Shown: in pieces, positions 1 to 9,231 of the stretch
Position numbering within the stretch: the first letter of the stretch is position 1
Layout of the letters: each line of letters begins with the position of its first letter
NCBI GenBank assembly: GCA_002787635.1
Contig: PCXK01000010.1
Span: 11,131 to 75,130, forward strand
From: Alphaproteobacteria bacterium CG11_big_fil_rev_8_21_14_0_20_39_49
GTDB taxonomy: Bacteria > Pseudomonadota > Alphaproteobacteria > Rickettsiales > UBA6187
DNA length: 64,000 nt
Direction: 5' to 3'
The notes under the pieces: model-generated
The model's input: the letters and a program-made list of their open reading frames with translations, nothing else
Database searches by the model: none
Told to the model about the DNA's origin: nothing
Position numbers and translations under genes: made by a program

Positions 1-803
1 CCCGTAGGAGTTTTACGCACCACCGTGTCAGGGAATTTTGAAAGGATAAGACCCCCACGAGGTCCACGTAATGTTTTATGCGTAGTAGTAGTTACCACAT
101 GTGCGTGCGGTAACGGGCTTGGGTAAGTGCCTGCGGCAACCAGACCTGCCACGTGAGCCATATCCACCATTAAAAACGCCCCCACTTCATCGGCTATCTT
201 GCGGAATCTTGCCCAGTCTATAACTCTTGGGTATGCCGAACAGCCTGCTATAATAAGCTTAGGTTTGTTTTCTTCGGCAAGTTTTTCAACTTCATCATAA
301 TCTATCAGGGCATTATCTTCACGCACTCCGTACTGAACAGAATTAAACCATTTACCCGACATGTTGGGTGCTGCACCGTGAGTAAGGTGACCGCCCGAGG
401 CAAGTGACAGACCCAATATAGTATCACCGGGCCGTAACAACGCCAGAAACACTCCCTGATTAGCCTGAGAGCCTGAATTAGGCTGTATGTTAGCATATGT
501 ACAATCAAAAAGCTCACAAGCCCTGTCGATAGCTATTTGCTCCACCTTATCGGCAAATTCACATCCGCCGTAATATCTCTTACCCGGATATCCTTCTGCA
601 TATTTATTAGTGAATATCGAGCCTTGTGCTTCCATCACCGAACGGCTGGTAATATTTTCCGAAGCTATCAGCTCTATCTGATTTTGCTGACGACCAAGTT
701 CACCTTCAATTGCATTGAATATTTCTTTATCGGTGTCTTGTAAATGTCCTTCAAAGAAAGTTTCATTTTTGTTGTGCATAATTTTTTCCGCTAAGTTTGA
801 CAT
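1..803 (-). CDS. glyA: serine hydroxymethyltransferase, N-terminal ~267 codons (3' end runs off the window)
   Basis: Absent from the ORF track because there is no stop in the window. Reverse-strand translation from the ATG at 803-801 reads [94 protein letters not shown]. This is the canonical SHMT N-terminus and PLP-lysine region. Confidence 0.93.
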   Translation of the reverse strand, partial: MSNLAEKIMHNKNETFFEGHLQDTDKEIFNAIEGELGRQQNQIELIASENITSRSVMEAQGSIFTNKYAEGYPGKRYYGGCEFADKVEQIAIDRACELFDCTYANIQPNSGSQANQGVFLALLRPGDTILGLSLASGGHLTHGAAPNMSGKWFNSVQYGVREDNALIDYDEVEKLAEENKPKLIIAGCSAYPRVIDWARFRKIADEVGAFLMVDMAHVAGLVAAGTYPSPLPHAHVVTTTTHKTLRGPRGGLILSKFPDTVVRKTPT

Positions 804-840
804 TAAAATAATTCCTTTAATAATAGTTTGTAGTAAGAAA

Positions 841-981
841 CGGAATTATACGTTTAACCGTTGATGTGTCACCCTGAACTTTTTTCAGGGTCTTTTTCAA
901 GTAAAATGAGATGCTGAAATAAATTCAGCATGACAAAAACAACTAAATTATAACGTTCCAACCATTAAACGTACAATTCCG
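841..981. mobile_element. family A MITE-like element (TIR - hairpin GTCACCCTGAA..TTCAGGGTC - hairpin GATGCTGAAATAAATTCAGCATGAC - TIR)
   Basis: Left end cggaattatacgtttaaccgttg (841-863) is the inverted complement of right end caaccattaaacgtacaattccg (959-981). There are two internal perfect hairpins at 868-892 and 910-934. Related copies occur elsewhere in the window. Confidence 0.75.
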
Positions 982-1034
982 ATAAAAAAACGCATAATTA
1001 TTATTAAATACATTTTTCTTTATAACATTACTTT

Positions 1035-1472
1035 TTACATATCGCTAAGCTTTTCCACCCTTTTTCGGTGTCTGCCACCTTCAAATCCGGTAGTAAGAAA
1101 AGCTTTCAAACATTCTTTTGCATCATTTAAACTTACAAATCTTGCACCCAACACCAGAACGTTAGCATCGTTATGTTGTCTTGCCAATTTTGCCATTTCC
1201 ACATTATGGCATAGTGCGGCTCTTATATTTTTATTCCTGTTTGCCGCCATGCTTATACCTATGCCGCTTCCGCATATGGCTACGCCGAATTTACATTTAT
1301 TTGTCGCAACCTGTTCCGCTAATTTATACCCATAATCCGGATAATCAACGGAATCTTTGCTATGGGTTCCCATATCCAGAACTTCATAGCCTGACTTGTG
1401 CAACTCGTCTTTTAATATCTCTTTTAGCTCAAAACCTGCATGATCCGTAGCTATGGCTATAATTTCAGACAT
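1035..1472 (-). CDS. rpiB: ribose-5-phosphate isomerase B
   Basis: ORF 1035..1562 trimmed to the ATG at 1472 (MSEIIAIATDHAGFELKE..). RpiB/LacAB-type core GVAICGSGIGISMAANR. The 30-codon upstream extension is AT-rich junk. Confidence 0.9.
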   Translation of the reverse strand: MSEIIAIATDHAGFELKEILKDELHKSGYEVLDMGTHSKDSVDYPDYGYKLAEQVATNKCKFGVAICGSGIGISMAANRNKNIRAALCHNVEMAKLARQHNDANVLVLGARFVSLNDAKECLKAFLTTGFEGGRHRKRVEKLSDM

Positions 1473-1645
1473 TCGCTCATCTATTAATAAATATTTGTAA
1501 CGGAAAATATCAAAAAAACAGATTATTACAACAATTAATTTAATATTGTAATATTTGTTCAATAATTCTTGATTACTATGAAAATAGTGGGTAATGCATT
1601 ATTTAAAAATGAATACTAATTTATTAACCGAAGTGGACTTTTTAA

Positions 1646-1674
1646 GTGACACTGAGGCGTTTTTGTTGTATAAT
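1646..1674 (+). promoter_or_regulatory. possible sigma70-type promoter (GTGACA-N17-TATAAT)
   Basis: gtgaca at 1646-1651 and tataat at 1669-1674 with a 17-nt spacer. About 40 nt upstream of a GGAGG-preceded ATG at 1714. AT-rich DNA gives many chance -10 boxes. Confidence 0.3.
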
Positions 1675-1713
1675 GCTCTAATTATAGCCCTCTATAAAGG
1701 GAGGGAACAGGAG

Positions 1714-1935
1714 ATGAATCATATGGCTGCAAACAATTTTTTTGTCGGAGAAGTTAATCAAAAAGAATCAGGCGTAGTATTAAACGAAATATCAGGTAAA
1801 GATCTAAACAACATAATGTCAGCTCAAAAAGCTTTCAAGAATAATGACGTAAAGGAACAAAAACAAACCGGCGCGGTTGAAAGTTTACACGCAAGAAGTA
1901 ACGGGCAAGAAACAGATAAAGGCATAACACGTTAA
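1714..1935 (+). CDS. hypothetical small protein (73 aa)
   Basis: ORF 1594..1935 trimmed to the ATG at 1714 (MNHMAANNFFVGEV..), which is preceded by gggagggaacaggag. No recognisable family. Confidence 0.4.
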   Translation: MNHMAANNFFVGEVNQKESGVVLNEISGKDLNNIMSAQKAFKNNDVKEQKQTGAVESLHARSNGQETDKGITR

Positions 1936-2028
1936 AATACATCTATATACAAACCTTTTAGTTGAAACTTACGGCTTATACTGATATACTGGCTAAGATT
2001 TTTTTCACTACTAACTAGTTCATTCAAA

Positions 2029-2334
2029 ATGAGAAATATACCTACCGGTCTGGTAAAAGATAAAACTTATTGCGTAAATTATCTGGTTTACAAAGATGAA
2101 TCGGGGCAGAATTCATATTTATATATAGCAGTAAGGCAGGATCAGATGCCGGAATTTCAAAAGGCGATAAAATGCGGTAATTTCGATGCCGAGGATTACG
2201 GTATTGTTCTAGAACAGGGTGAAGGAACCGCATCAGATGATATAAAGCAAAAAATGCGAATGATGTATAATTGCGACCACGATAGCAACATAAGCATTGT
2301 TGACTACAAGCCCGAAGCGAACGTTGATAATTAA
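2029..2334 (+). CDS. hypothetical protein (101 aa)
   Basis: Clean ORF with protein-like composition (MRNIPTGLVKDKTYCVNYLVYKDESGQNSYLYIAVRQDQMPEF..). No obvious SD and no recognised domain. Confidence 0.4.
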   Translation: MRNIPTGLVKDKTYCVNYLVYKDESGQNSYLYIAVRQDQMPEFQKAIKCGNFDAEDYGIVLEQGEGTASDDIKQKMRMMYNCDHDSNISIVDYKPEANVDN

Positions 2335-2349
2335 AGACTTCAGTGCGAT

Positions 2350-2470
2350 TTTTACAAAAGTCCTAAAAACTACTCTCCCCTTGAGGGAGAGTTAAAACAC
2401 GATAGTGTTTTGTGAGGGGACTTTTTAAGCCATATACCGACGAAAATGTCCCTTTTGCAGAGGCTTCTAT
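2350..2470. mobile_element. family B element, short (internally deleted) copy
   Basis: Carries aaaactactctccccttgagggagagttaaaacacgatagtgttttgtgagggg and ends in ccttttgcagaggcttctatg. This matches the left part and right TIR of the ~200-bp copies at 37614, 46378 and 57577. Confidence 0.7.
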
Positions 2471-2477
2471 GTATCTC

Positions 2478-2505
2478 GGATACCGGTCAAGCCATAGTAT
2501 GCCGG
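2478..2505. repeat. family C palindrome (..GGTCAAGCCATAGTATG..)
   Basis: ggataccggtcaagccatagtatgccgg. Related copies at 44912-44940 (inverted) and 57519-57552. Confidence 0.6.
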
Positions 2506-2526
2506 TTTCATAACCATCGCAAAATA

Positions 2527-2560
2527 CAAAAAAAAGACCCTTAAACTCAGGGTCTTTTTC
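2527..2560 (-). terminator. rho-independent terminator downstream of hup (bidirectional shape)
   Basis: aaaaaaaagaccct-taaact-cagggtcttttt: a GC-containing 8-bp stem flanked by an A-run and a T-run, 25 nt after the hup stop. Confidence 0.6.
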
Positions 2561-2582
2561 ATATTCACCTTGAAAACTTAAA

Positions 2583-2861
2583 TTAACCGTTAACGGCATC
2601 TTTAAGTTTTTTAGCAGGAGAAAATTTAACAACTTTCTTAGCAGGAATCTGGATAACTTCACCTGTTCTAGGGTTTCTTCCCGTGGTAGCTTTACGGTCT
2701 TTTACAGTAAGGCTGCCGAAACCTGCAAGTTGAATACCGTTATCGTTATCGGCAAGTGCATCGGTAAGTACTTCTATATAAGCATCTAAAAAGTCCTGAG
2801 CTTCTTTTTTAGTGCTACCTGTTTTGCTAGCTATTGCCGCAGTTAATTGCTCTTTATTCAT
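2583..2861 (-). CDS. hup: DNA-binding protein HU
   Basis: 92 aa, MNKEQLTAAIASKTG..GFGSLTVKDRKATTGRNPRTGEVIQIPAKKVVKFSPAKKLKDAV. Classic HU/IHF fold signature. Confidence 0.93.
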   Translation of the reverse strand: MNKEQLTAAIASKTGSTKKEAQDFLDAYIEVLTDALADNDNGIQLAGFGSLTVKDRKATTGRNPRTGEVIQIPAKKVVKFSPAKKLKDAVNG

Positions 2862-3182
2862 TTTTAAAAATCCTTTTTTATTGTTGAATTCACCAGGCTA
2901 AAAACGCCTAACATTTTTGATATCGCCTAAAATACTAAAAAGCAAGCATTTACTTCATATTTTTTAGTTTTATTCAATATTGAAGCCGTTATTATAAAAA
3001 ATTCATAAAAATTTTTACCGATAATTCCATTTTTTTTAATAAGTATCTAATTTTTTACCAATGATATAAAATTATACTTGTATTTAAATTGTAAGTTGAG
3101 CAATATAAGCAATAATTAAATTATTGTAATAAATTATTCTTTATGTCATACGCCACATTCTTAATGTATAGGAATAGTTATA

Positions 3183-3743
3183 ATGAAAAGTGAAGTGCAA
3201 AAAACCGCCGAAGGATTGGAATCGGGTCAGGAAACCGCAGATTCAAAACAATTTTTAACCTTTAAAGTGGAAAAGGAAGAATACGGCGTATCCTTAATGA
3301 CAATCCGTGAAATCAAGGGCTGGAGCAAGCCTACCGTACTTCCCAACTCCCCGCCTTTTATGAAGGGCGTTATAAATTTACGCGGAGTTGTTATTCCGAT
3401 TTTTGATCTTCGTCACAGGTTTGAAATGGGTACGACCGAACCTGATGAAAAGAATGTAGTTATAATTATAGCCGTTAACGAGCGTTTGATAGGCTTGCTG
3501 GTTGATGCGGTCTCCGACATTCTGACGGTTTCCGTAGAACAGATAAAATCCGCTCCTAAAGTAGATACCGATATTGACGAAAATTATGTGGACGGGTTGA
3601 TTCAGTCTGAAGATAAAATGGTCGTCATACTTAATATTGAAAATCTATTTGATACTAACATGCTTTCCGAGGCTGAAAAAATTGCAGGTAAGGCTGATGT
3701 TCCTCAGGAGCAATCTGCCTCGGACAATAAACAACAAAATTAA
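3183..3743 (+). CDS. cheW: chemotaxis coupling protein CheW
   Basis: CheW-like domain: QFLTFKVEKEEYGVSLMTIREIKGW..VINLRGVVIPIFDLRHRF..GLLVDAVSDIL. Confidence 0.88.
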   Translation: MKSEVQKTAEGLESGQETADSKQFLTFKVEKEEYGVSLMTIREIKGWSKPTVLPNSPPFMKGVINLRGVVIPIFDLRHRFEMGTTEPDEKNVVIIIAVNERLIGLLVDAVSDILTVSVEQIKSAPKVDTDIDENYVDGLIQSEDKMVVILNIENLFDTNMLSEAEKIAGKADVPQEQSASDNKQQN

Positions 3744-3769
3744 CTTTTACGTAAAAAGAGGAAAACACA

Positions 3770-6325
3770 ATGTCTAATCTAAAAAAACTTTCGGTAAGTA
3801 AAAGAGTTTTAATTGCATTCTTTTTTATAATAGGCATGTTTGTCTTTTCTGAGTTTGAGACTTTCATTGCAATGCTGAACCCTGAGTCGGAATGGGATAT
3901 TAAGAGCGTATCCGTTCTTGCCGCTCTTATTCTTGCAATAGCGATTGCCAAAATAACTAAAGATTCTATAGATGCGACATTGATGGAACAGCAACGGAAA
4001 GAGCAAACATTAGACAGCGTTTCATCACAGGTGATGATAGCTGATGAAGATTATAACATCATATACCTGAATCCCGAACTTATGAAAATGATGACCGAAG
4101 CTGAGTCCGATATCAAAAAAGACCTGCCGTCTTTTGATATTAAAAAGATAATCGGTGTTAATATAGATACGTTCCATAAGAACCCCGCTCACCAACGTGG
4201 CATGCTTGATAGCCTGAAAAGTACCTATAATACTTCAATTAATGTCGGCGGTCGTATATTTGACCTGATAGCTAATCCGGTTATTTTAAACGGCAAAAGG
4301 GCAGGAACTGTTGTAGAATGGAAAGACGTTACCAAGCAAAAAGCTTTAGACGAGAGGCTTATTAACAGCCAAGGGCAGATTGATGCACTTAACCGCTCTC
4401 AGGCATGTATTGAATTTGACCCTAAAGGCTACATACTGCATGCCAATGAGAATTTCTGTGGTGCTATGGGCTATGACTTAGATGAAATCAAAGGTAAACA
4501 TCATAGTATTTTCGTTGACCCTGAATATGTTAAATCCTCCGATTACAAAGAATTTTGGGAGAAACTAGGCAAGGGTGAGTTTGCTGCCGACCAATATGTC
4601 CGTTATGGTAAGGGCGGTAAAGAAATATGGATTCAGGCAACTTATAACCCTGTTTTAGACAGTAACGGCAAAGTATTTAAAGTTGTTAAGTTTGCCGTAG
4701 ACGTAACTCACTTGCGTGACGAACAAATGCGTTCCGCACGTATCCAGACATCACTTGATTGTGTAACCTCCAACGTAATGCTGGCTGACGAGAAGAACAA
4801 CATCATATACATGAACGAATCGGTGGGCGGAATGCTAAGAAAAGCAGAATCGGATATCAGAAAAGATCTGCCTAAATTCGATGTTGATACGGTGGTCGGT
4901 TCTAATATCGATATCTTCCACGCAAATCCGGAACATCAAAAATCTATGCTTGAAAAGTTAAGCTCGACTTACAAGACATCTATTAAAGTGGGCGGACGTA
5001 CGTTTGCTTTGATAGCTAACCCTGTTTTCGGTAAAAAAGGTGAGCGTCTTGGAACCGTTGTCGAATGGAACGATATAACATTAGAACTGGCTATCGAAGA
5101 AGAGGTCAAGCAGGTTGTAGACGCTACTACCAAAGGTGACTTTACACAAAGATTATCTTTAGAAGGCAAGGAAGGATTTATGCTGAACCTTTCTAAAGGC
5201 ATTAATGAGATAGGCGAAGTATCGCACAGAGGCTTGACTGAAACGGTCGGCGTACTTAAATCACTTTCCAAAGGTGACCTTACCGAGCAGATTAACGGTG
5301 AATATGAAGGAATGTTCAATGAGATAAAAGAATCCGTTAACGGCACTATAAATCAGTTACGCTCAATAGTAGGTAGAATCAAGGAATCCGCAAGTTCGGT
5401 CAACTCTGCATCTAGTGAGATATCCTCAGGCAGTAAGGACTTATCCGAGCGTACCGAACAGCAGGCATCTACTTTAGAAGAAACGGCTGCCTCTATGGAG
5501 CAGATAACAGGTGCGGTAAGGCAGAACACCGAAAATTCCAATAGTGCCAACAGCCTTGCCGAAAGTGCCAAAAATGTCGCTACTAAAGGCGGAAATGTTG
5601 TAAGCGAGGTTGTAACTGCTATGGGTGGTATTACGGAATCATCACAAAAAATATCCGATATAATAAATGTTATAGACGACATTGCTTTCCAGACCAATCT
5701 TCTTGCACTAAATGCAGCGGTTGAGGCGGCAAGAGCCGGAGATGCCGGCAAGGGCTTTGCGGTCGTAGCCTCCGAGGTACGTTCCTTAGCGGGGCGTTCG
5801 GCGGCGGCTTCAAAAGATATCAAAACGCTGATAAACGAAAGCTCCGATCAGGTTAAGAGCGGTTCCGAGTTGGTAAATCAGGCAGGAGAAACATTAAAGG
5901 AGATAGTCGGTTCGGTTTCTGAAGTTGCTGCTATAATTTCAGAGATAGCCTCGGCAAGCTCCCAGCAGGCAACAGGTATTGAGGAAATAAATTCCGCAGT
6001 CGCCCAAATGGATGAGATGACACAGCAAAATGCCGCATTAGTAGAAGAAAATACGGCAGCTGCACAATCTCTTGTTGATCAAGCATATGGTCTTGCGGAG
6101 TTGATATCGTTCTTTAGGATTGAAGACGCTGATGAAGGACAAATGTACGCTGCGGCTAAGGTAGCGTCTATGGGCAGAGCTTCGACACCGGTTGCAAGCA
6201 AGCCTGCGGTCGCTTCGCATTCTCAGCCAAAACCAAAAGTTCAATCTGTCAAATCCGCTCCGGCAAAACCGGAGAAAGTTACACCTATATCAAGCAAATA
6301 TGACGATGACTGGGAAGAATTCTAG
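3770..6325 (+). CDS. methyl-accepting chemotaxis protein with two N-terminal TM helices, three PAS domains, HAMP and MCP signalling domain
   Basis: SD aagagga before the ATG. PAS1 (approx aa 80-190) and PAS3 (approx aa 325-440) are clear paralogous duplicates flanking a different PAS. Highly conserved MCP hairpin tip [38 protein letters not shown]-terminus ends DDDWEEF. Confidence 0.92.
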   Translation: MSNLKKLSVSKRVLIAFFFIIGMFVFSEFETFIAMLNPESEWDIKSVSVLAALILAIAIAKITKDSIDATLMEQQRKEQTLDSVSSQVMIADEDYNIIYLNPELMKMMTEAESDIKKDLPSFDIKKIIGVNIDTFHKNPAHQRGMLDSLKSTYNTSINVGGRIFDLIANPVILNGKRAGTVVEWKDVTKQKALDERLINSQGQIDALNRSQACIEFDPKGYILHANENFCGAMGYDLDEIKGKHHSIFVDPEYVKSSDYKEFWEKLGKGEFAADQYVRYGKGGKEIWIQATYNPVLDSNGKVFKVVKFAVDVTHLRDEQMRSARIQTSLDCVTSNVMLADEKNNIIYMNESVGGMLRKAESDIRKDLPKFDVDTVVGSNIDIFHANPEHQKSMLEKLSSTYKTSIKVGGRTFALIANPVFGKKGERLGTVVEWNDITLELAIEEEVKQVVDATTKGDFTQRLSLEGKEGFMLNLSKGINEIGEVSHRGLTETVGVLKSLSKGDLTEQINGEYEGMFNEIKESVNGTINQLRSIVGRIKESASSVNSASSEISSGSKDLSERTEQQASTLEETAASMEQITGAVRQNTENSNSANSLAESAKNVATKGGNVVSEVVTAMGGITESSQKISDIINVIDDIAFQTNLLALNAAVEAARAGDAGKGFAVVASEVRSLAGRSAAASKDIKTLINESSDQVKSGSELVNQAGETLKEIVGSVSEVAAIISEIASASSQQATGIEEINSAVAQMDEMTQQNAALVEENTAAAQSLVDQAYGLAELISFFRIEDADEGQMYAAAKVASMGRASTPVASKPAVASHSQPKPKVQSVKSAPAKPEKVTPISSKYDDDWEEF

Positions 6326-6342
6326 TCCTACCGATAAAAAAC

Positions 6343-6378
6343 AAGCCCTCTAAAAAAAACGGGGGCTTATTTTTATCC
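6343..6378 (+). terminator. probable rho-independent terminator after the MCP gene
   Basis: aagccc..(14-nt A-rich loop)..gggctt followed by atttttat, 18 nt after the stop. Confidence 0.45.
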
Positions 6379-6409
6379 GGTTGAATATAAATTTTATGGA
6401 GTTTAAAAA

Positions 6410-6655
6410 ATGGTTGTATTGAGTAAAGAAGAAGAACAGGCAAAAACGGCTGCTAAAGAAGAGATAAATGAAACTCTGAACAGGATATTTGCCCAAATGA
6501 ACAAAGCTTTAGCCGATAAAAGCCCTGACGAGATAGCAAAAGAAAGAATTGACGAAACCCTGAACGCCCTTTTTGAGGCGGTAAACCAGAGTACCTATCA
6601 GGGCAAGAAAACAAAAATACCTGATTTCAAAAGAATAATTAACGGCGAGTTTTAG
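6410..6655 (+). CDS. hypothetical small helical protein (81 aa) with an internal two-fold repeat
   Basis: GGAG 9 nt upstream of the ATG. EEINETLNRIFAQMNKAL and ERIDETLNALFEAVNQST are repeated helices. No known family recognised. Confidence 0.5.
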   Translation: MVVLSKEEEQAKTAAKEEINETLNRIFAQMNKALADKSPDEIAKERIDETLNALFEAVNQSTYQGKKTKIPDFKRIINGEF

Positions 6656-6665
6656 TGATTATTGA

Positions 6666-6779
6666 ACTATAACTAACAAGGAGCCTATAAACGCTTTCGT
6701 CAATATTTTAGCATGTCTTGTCGCATATGCGTATAAAATTGACGAACCTAAAATTAAAGCTTTTTTGATTGAGGATTAA
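6666..6779 (+). pseudogene. C-terminal remnant of an IS982-family-like transposase
   Basis: An open frame with no start reads TITNKEPINAFVNILACLVAYAYKIDEPKIKAFLIED*. The ..INAFVNIL..L.AY....KP.. pattern matches my recollection of IS982-family transposase C-termini. No upstream catalytic part is present. Confidence 0.35.
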
Positions 6780-6944
6780 ACGAGTTTGGGTTAGGTAGTA
6801 ATATATCTCTCGGACGATACCCTTTTTAATATCCTTAGTACACATGTGGAAAAAACCATTTCTTTTGATGACATGAGGTAAAATAGCTGCTATACGTTGG
6901 CTTCACTCTTAAATTGTATCTGTATTTCATTTTAAATCTGCAAT

Positions 6945-9128
6945 ATGAATTATTTTGTTCAAGCCTTAGCATTTATAATCTTATTTACCGGTCTGCATTC
7001 AAAGTCAAATGCACAGGATTATATTGCGGACAATATAAAAGAAAGCTCTAAAAAGCCTGCCGAAATTGAAGCTGATTCAATGGACTATGATAAGGAAGCT
7101 AAAATAGTTACGGCTGAAGGCAAGGTTGAGGTTACACAAGGCGGTATAGTGCTTTTTGCCGATAAGGTAACATACGACCAAAACACCAATGTAGTGAAGG
7201 CTATCGGAAATATAAGTATTATGGAACAGGGCGGCAATGTTATGTTCGCCGATAGTATGGAACTCAAAGACGACCTAAAACAGGGTATTATACATAATTT
7301 TAAAATTAAGTTCATTGACGACTCACGCATGTGGGGAACAAATGCACAAAGGGTAAATGAGAAACTTACCGTACTTGAGAATATTCACTACACTCCGTGT
7401 AAGATGTGCGAGGAAAATCCTGAAAAACCACCTCTGTGGCAGGTAAGGGCAAAGAAGGCTACCATTGATGAGAAAGAACAGCGTGTAAAATATAACCATG
7501 CGTTCTTTGAGATTAAAGGAGTTCCCGCCCTCTACACTCCTTATATTTCACACCCTACACCCGATGCCAAAAGGAAAAGCGGTTTTTTAATTCCTAAATA
7601 TTCAACCGATAAAATATTCGGAACAACGGTAAAAACACCTTATTACTATAATATATCCCCTAATAAAGATCTTACGTTAACACCTATATTCACTAGCAAG
7701 GAAGGACCTATACTTGCCGGAGATTACCGCCACCTTTTCCAAAGCGGTTCTATGAATATAAAGGGTAGTATAACCAATCCTAATAGGGTAGATGTTAACG
7801 GCAACGAGATAAGCGGCAATGAAATACGAGGTCATATCGAAGGAAGCGGTGATTTCAGAATAACCGAATTATGGAGTTGGGGATTCATCGGCAAGCGTTC
7901 TACGGACGACACATATCTGGAAAAATACGATTTTGGCGAAGAGGATACTTTAACATCGAGAGTTTTTGCAACCGCAATTGATAACAGGAATTACATCCAC
8001 ACCGAATCAATAACGTTCCAAGGGCTAAGGGAGAATGACGACCCTGGTTCTACACCGTTAATACTTCCTAGTGTGACGGCACATTATGAGACTCTGCCCG
8101 GTTTTCACGGTTCACGCTTTATAGCCGATGCCAACCTTATGGTGCTGACACGTGATGATGGCGTAAGCTCAAACAGGCTTTCTTTAAAAGGCGGTTGGAA
8201 CATACCTCATATTACTAAGTCGGGTCATGTATTCGAACTGAAAACCTCCCTGCGAGGAGACGCTTATTTTGTTGACGAGGTACTAGAAAATCCCTCTGAT
8301 CCTAACAGTCAGGAGCTTGACGGTTCAGTCGCCAGATTTATCCCTGAGGCAAAGTTAAGCTGGAAATTACCTGTAGTTAATAAAATATATGACAGGCAGG
8401 TGTTCCTTGAGCCTACCGCTAATTTCATCGTAAGCCCTTATGGAGGCAACCCCGATAAGATACCTAACGAAGATGCACAGGACATTGAATTTTCGGACGA
8501 AAACCTTTTTGACTCAAACCATTTTACCGGTTATGACAGAATTGAGAGCGGACCGAGGTTCAATTACGGTCTAAGAGGAAGGGTATCTGATAAAGATTAT
8601 GGCGATCTTAGTTTTCTTTTCGGTCAGAACTACCATTTCAAAGAGAATAACAACTTCAGTGCGAGAACCGGTTTAGACGATCATTTCTCCGATTATGTAG
8701 GACGTATCGGCTACCATAAGGATGACAAGTTCAACCTTGCTTACCGTTTCAGGGCAGATGATGAGACGTTTACATTGAACAGAAACGAAATAACTGCCGA
8801 TGTAAAGATTGCTCCTGTAACTTTCAATCTTGATTATCTTTCTGTTGATAAAAACTTTGATACCACTACCACAAGCCAAGGCAATGACAATCGTGAGTTA
8901 GTTATTGCCAGTGCTTCGGTTGATCTTAATAATCAGTGGAATGTTTCGGGCGGCGGTCACCGTGACTTAGAGGACGGTGAGTGGGTATATACCAAGGCAA
9001 ACCTTTTATATAAGGGAGACTGTGTTAACGTAAACTTTTCATGGTTCAAAGAATTCACACGTGACCGTGACATCAGACCCAATACAACTCTTGCCTTGCA
9101 AATATCTTTGAAAAATTTAGGATACTAG
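6945..9128 (+). CDS. lptD: LPS-assembly outer membrane protein LptD
   Basis: 727 aa with a signal peptide (..HSKSNAQDY). OstA-like N-terminal domain (ADSMDYDKEAKIVTAEGKVEVTQG..FADKVTYDQ), then a long beta-barrel. Followed by surA as in the conserved cluster. Confidence 0.88.
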   Translation: MNYFVQALAFIILFTGLHSKSNAQDYIADNIKESSKKPAEIEADSMDYDKEAKIVTAEGKVEVTQGGIVLFADKVTYDQNTNVVKAIGNISIMEQGGNVMFADSMELKDDLKQGIIHNFKIKFIDDSRMWGTNAQRVNEKLTVLENIHYTPCKMCEENPEKPPLWQVRAKKATIDEKEQRVKYNHAFFEIKGVPALYTPYISHPTPDAKRKSGFLIPKYSTDKIFGTTVKTPYYYNISPNKDLTLTPIFTSKEGPILAGDYRHLFQSGSMNIKGSITNPNRVDVNGNEISGNEIRGHIEGSGDFRITELWSWGFIGKRSTDDTYLEKYDFGEEDTLTSRVFATAIDNRNYIHTESITFQGLRENDDPGSTPLILPSVTAHYETLPGFHGSRFIADANLMVLTRDDGVSSNRLSLKGGWNIPHITKSGHVFELKTSLRGDAYFVDEVLENPSDPNSQELDGSVARFIPEAKLSWKLPVVNKIYDRQVFLEPTANFIVSPYGGNPDKIPNEDAQDIEFSDENLFDSNHFTGYDRIESGPRFNYGLRGRVSDKDYGDLSFLFGQNYHFKENNNFSARTGLDDHFSDYVGRIGYHKDDKFNLAYRFRADDETFTLNRNEITADVKIAPVTFNLDYLSVDKNFDTTTTSQGNDNRELVIASASVDLNNQWNVSGGGHRDLEDGEWVYTKANLLYKGDCVNVNFSWFKEFTRDRDIRPNTTLALQISLKNLGY

Positions 9129-9231
9129 AATATAATTATTTTTTCGTTATTATTCCGATAAATTTATTATAATTGACGAAGTGTTACGAAAAATAAAAAA
9201 TACCATATTTAGTAAAAGCAGCAAAAAAATT

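Noticed and set aside
2363-2662. 99-aa ORF overlapping the hup 3' end and the family B/C repeats
   Set aside because: It runs through the repeat elements and the hup terminator and overlaps the real hup gene, so it is repeat-derived.
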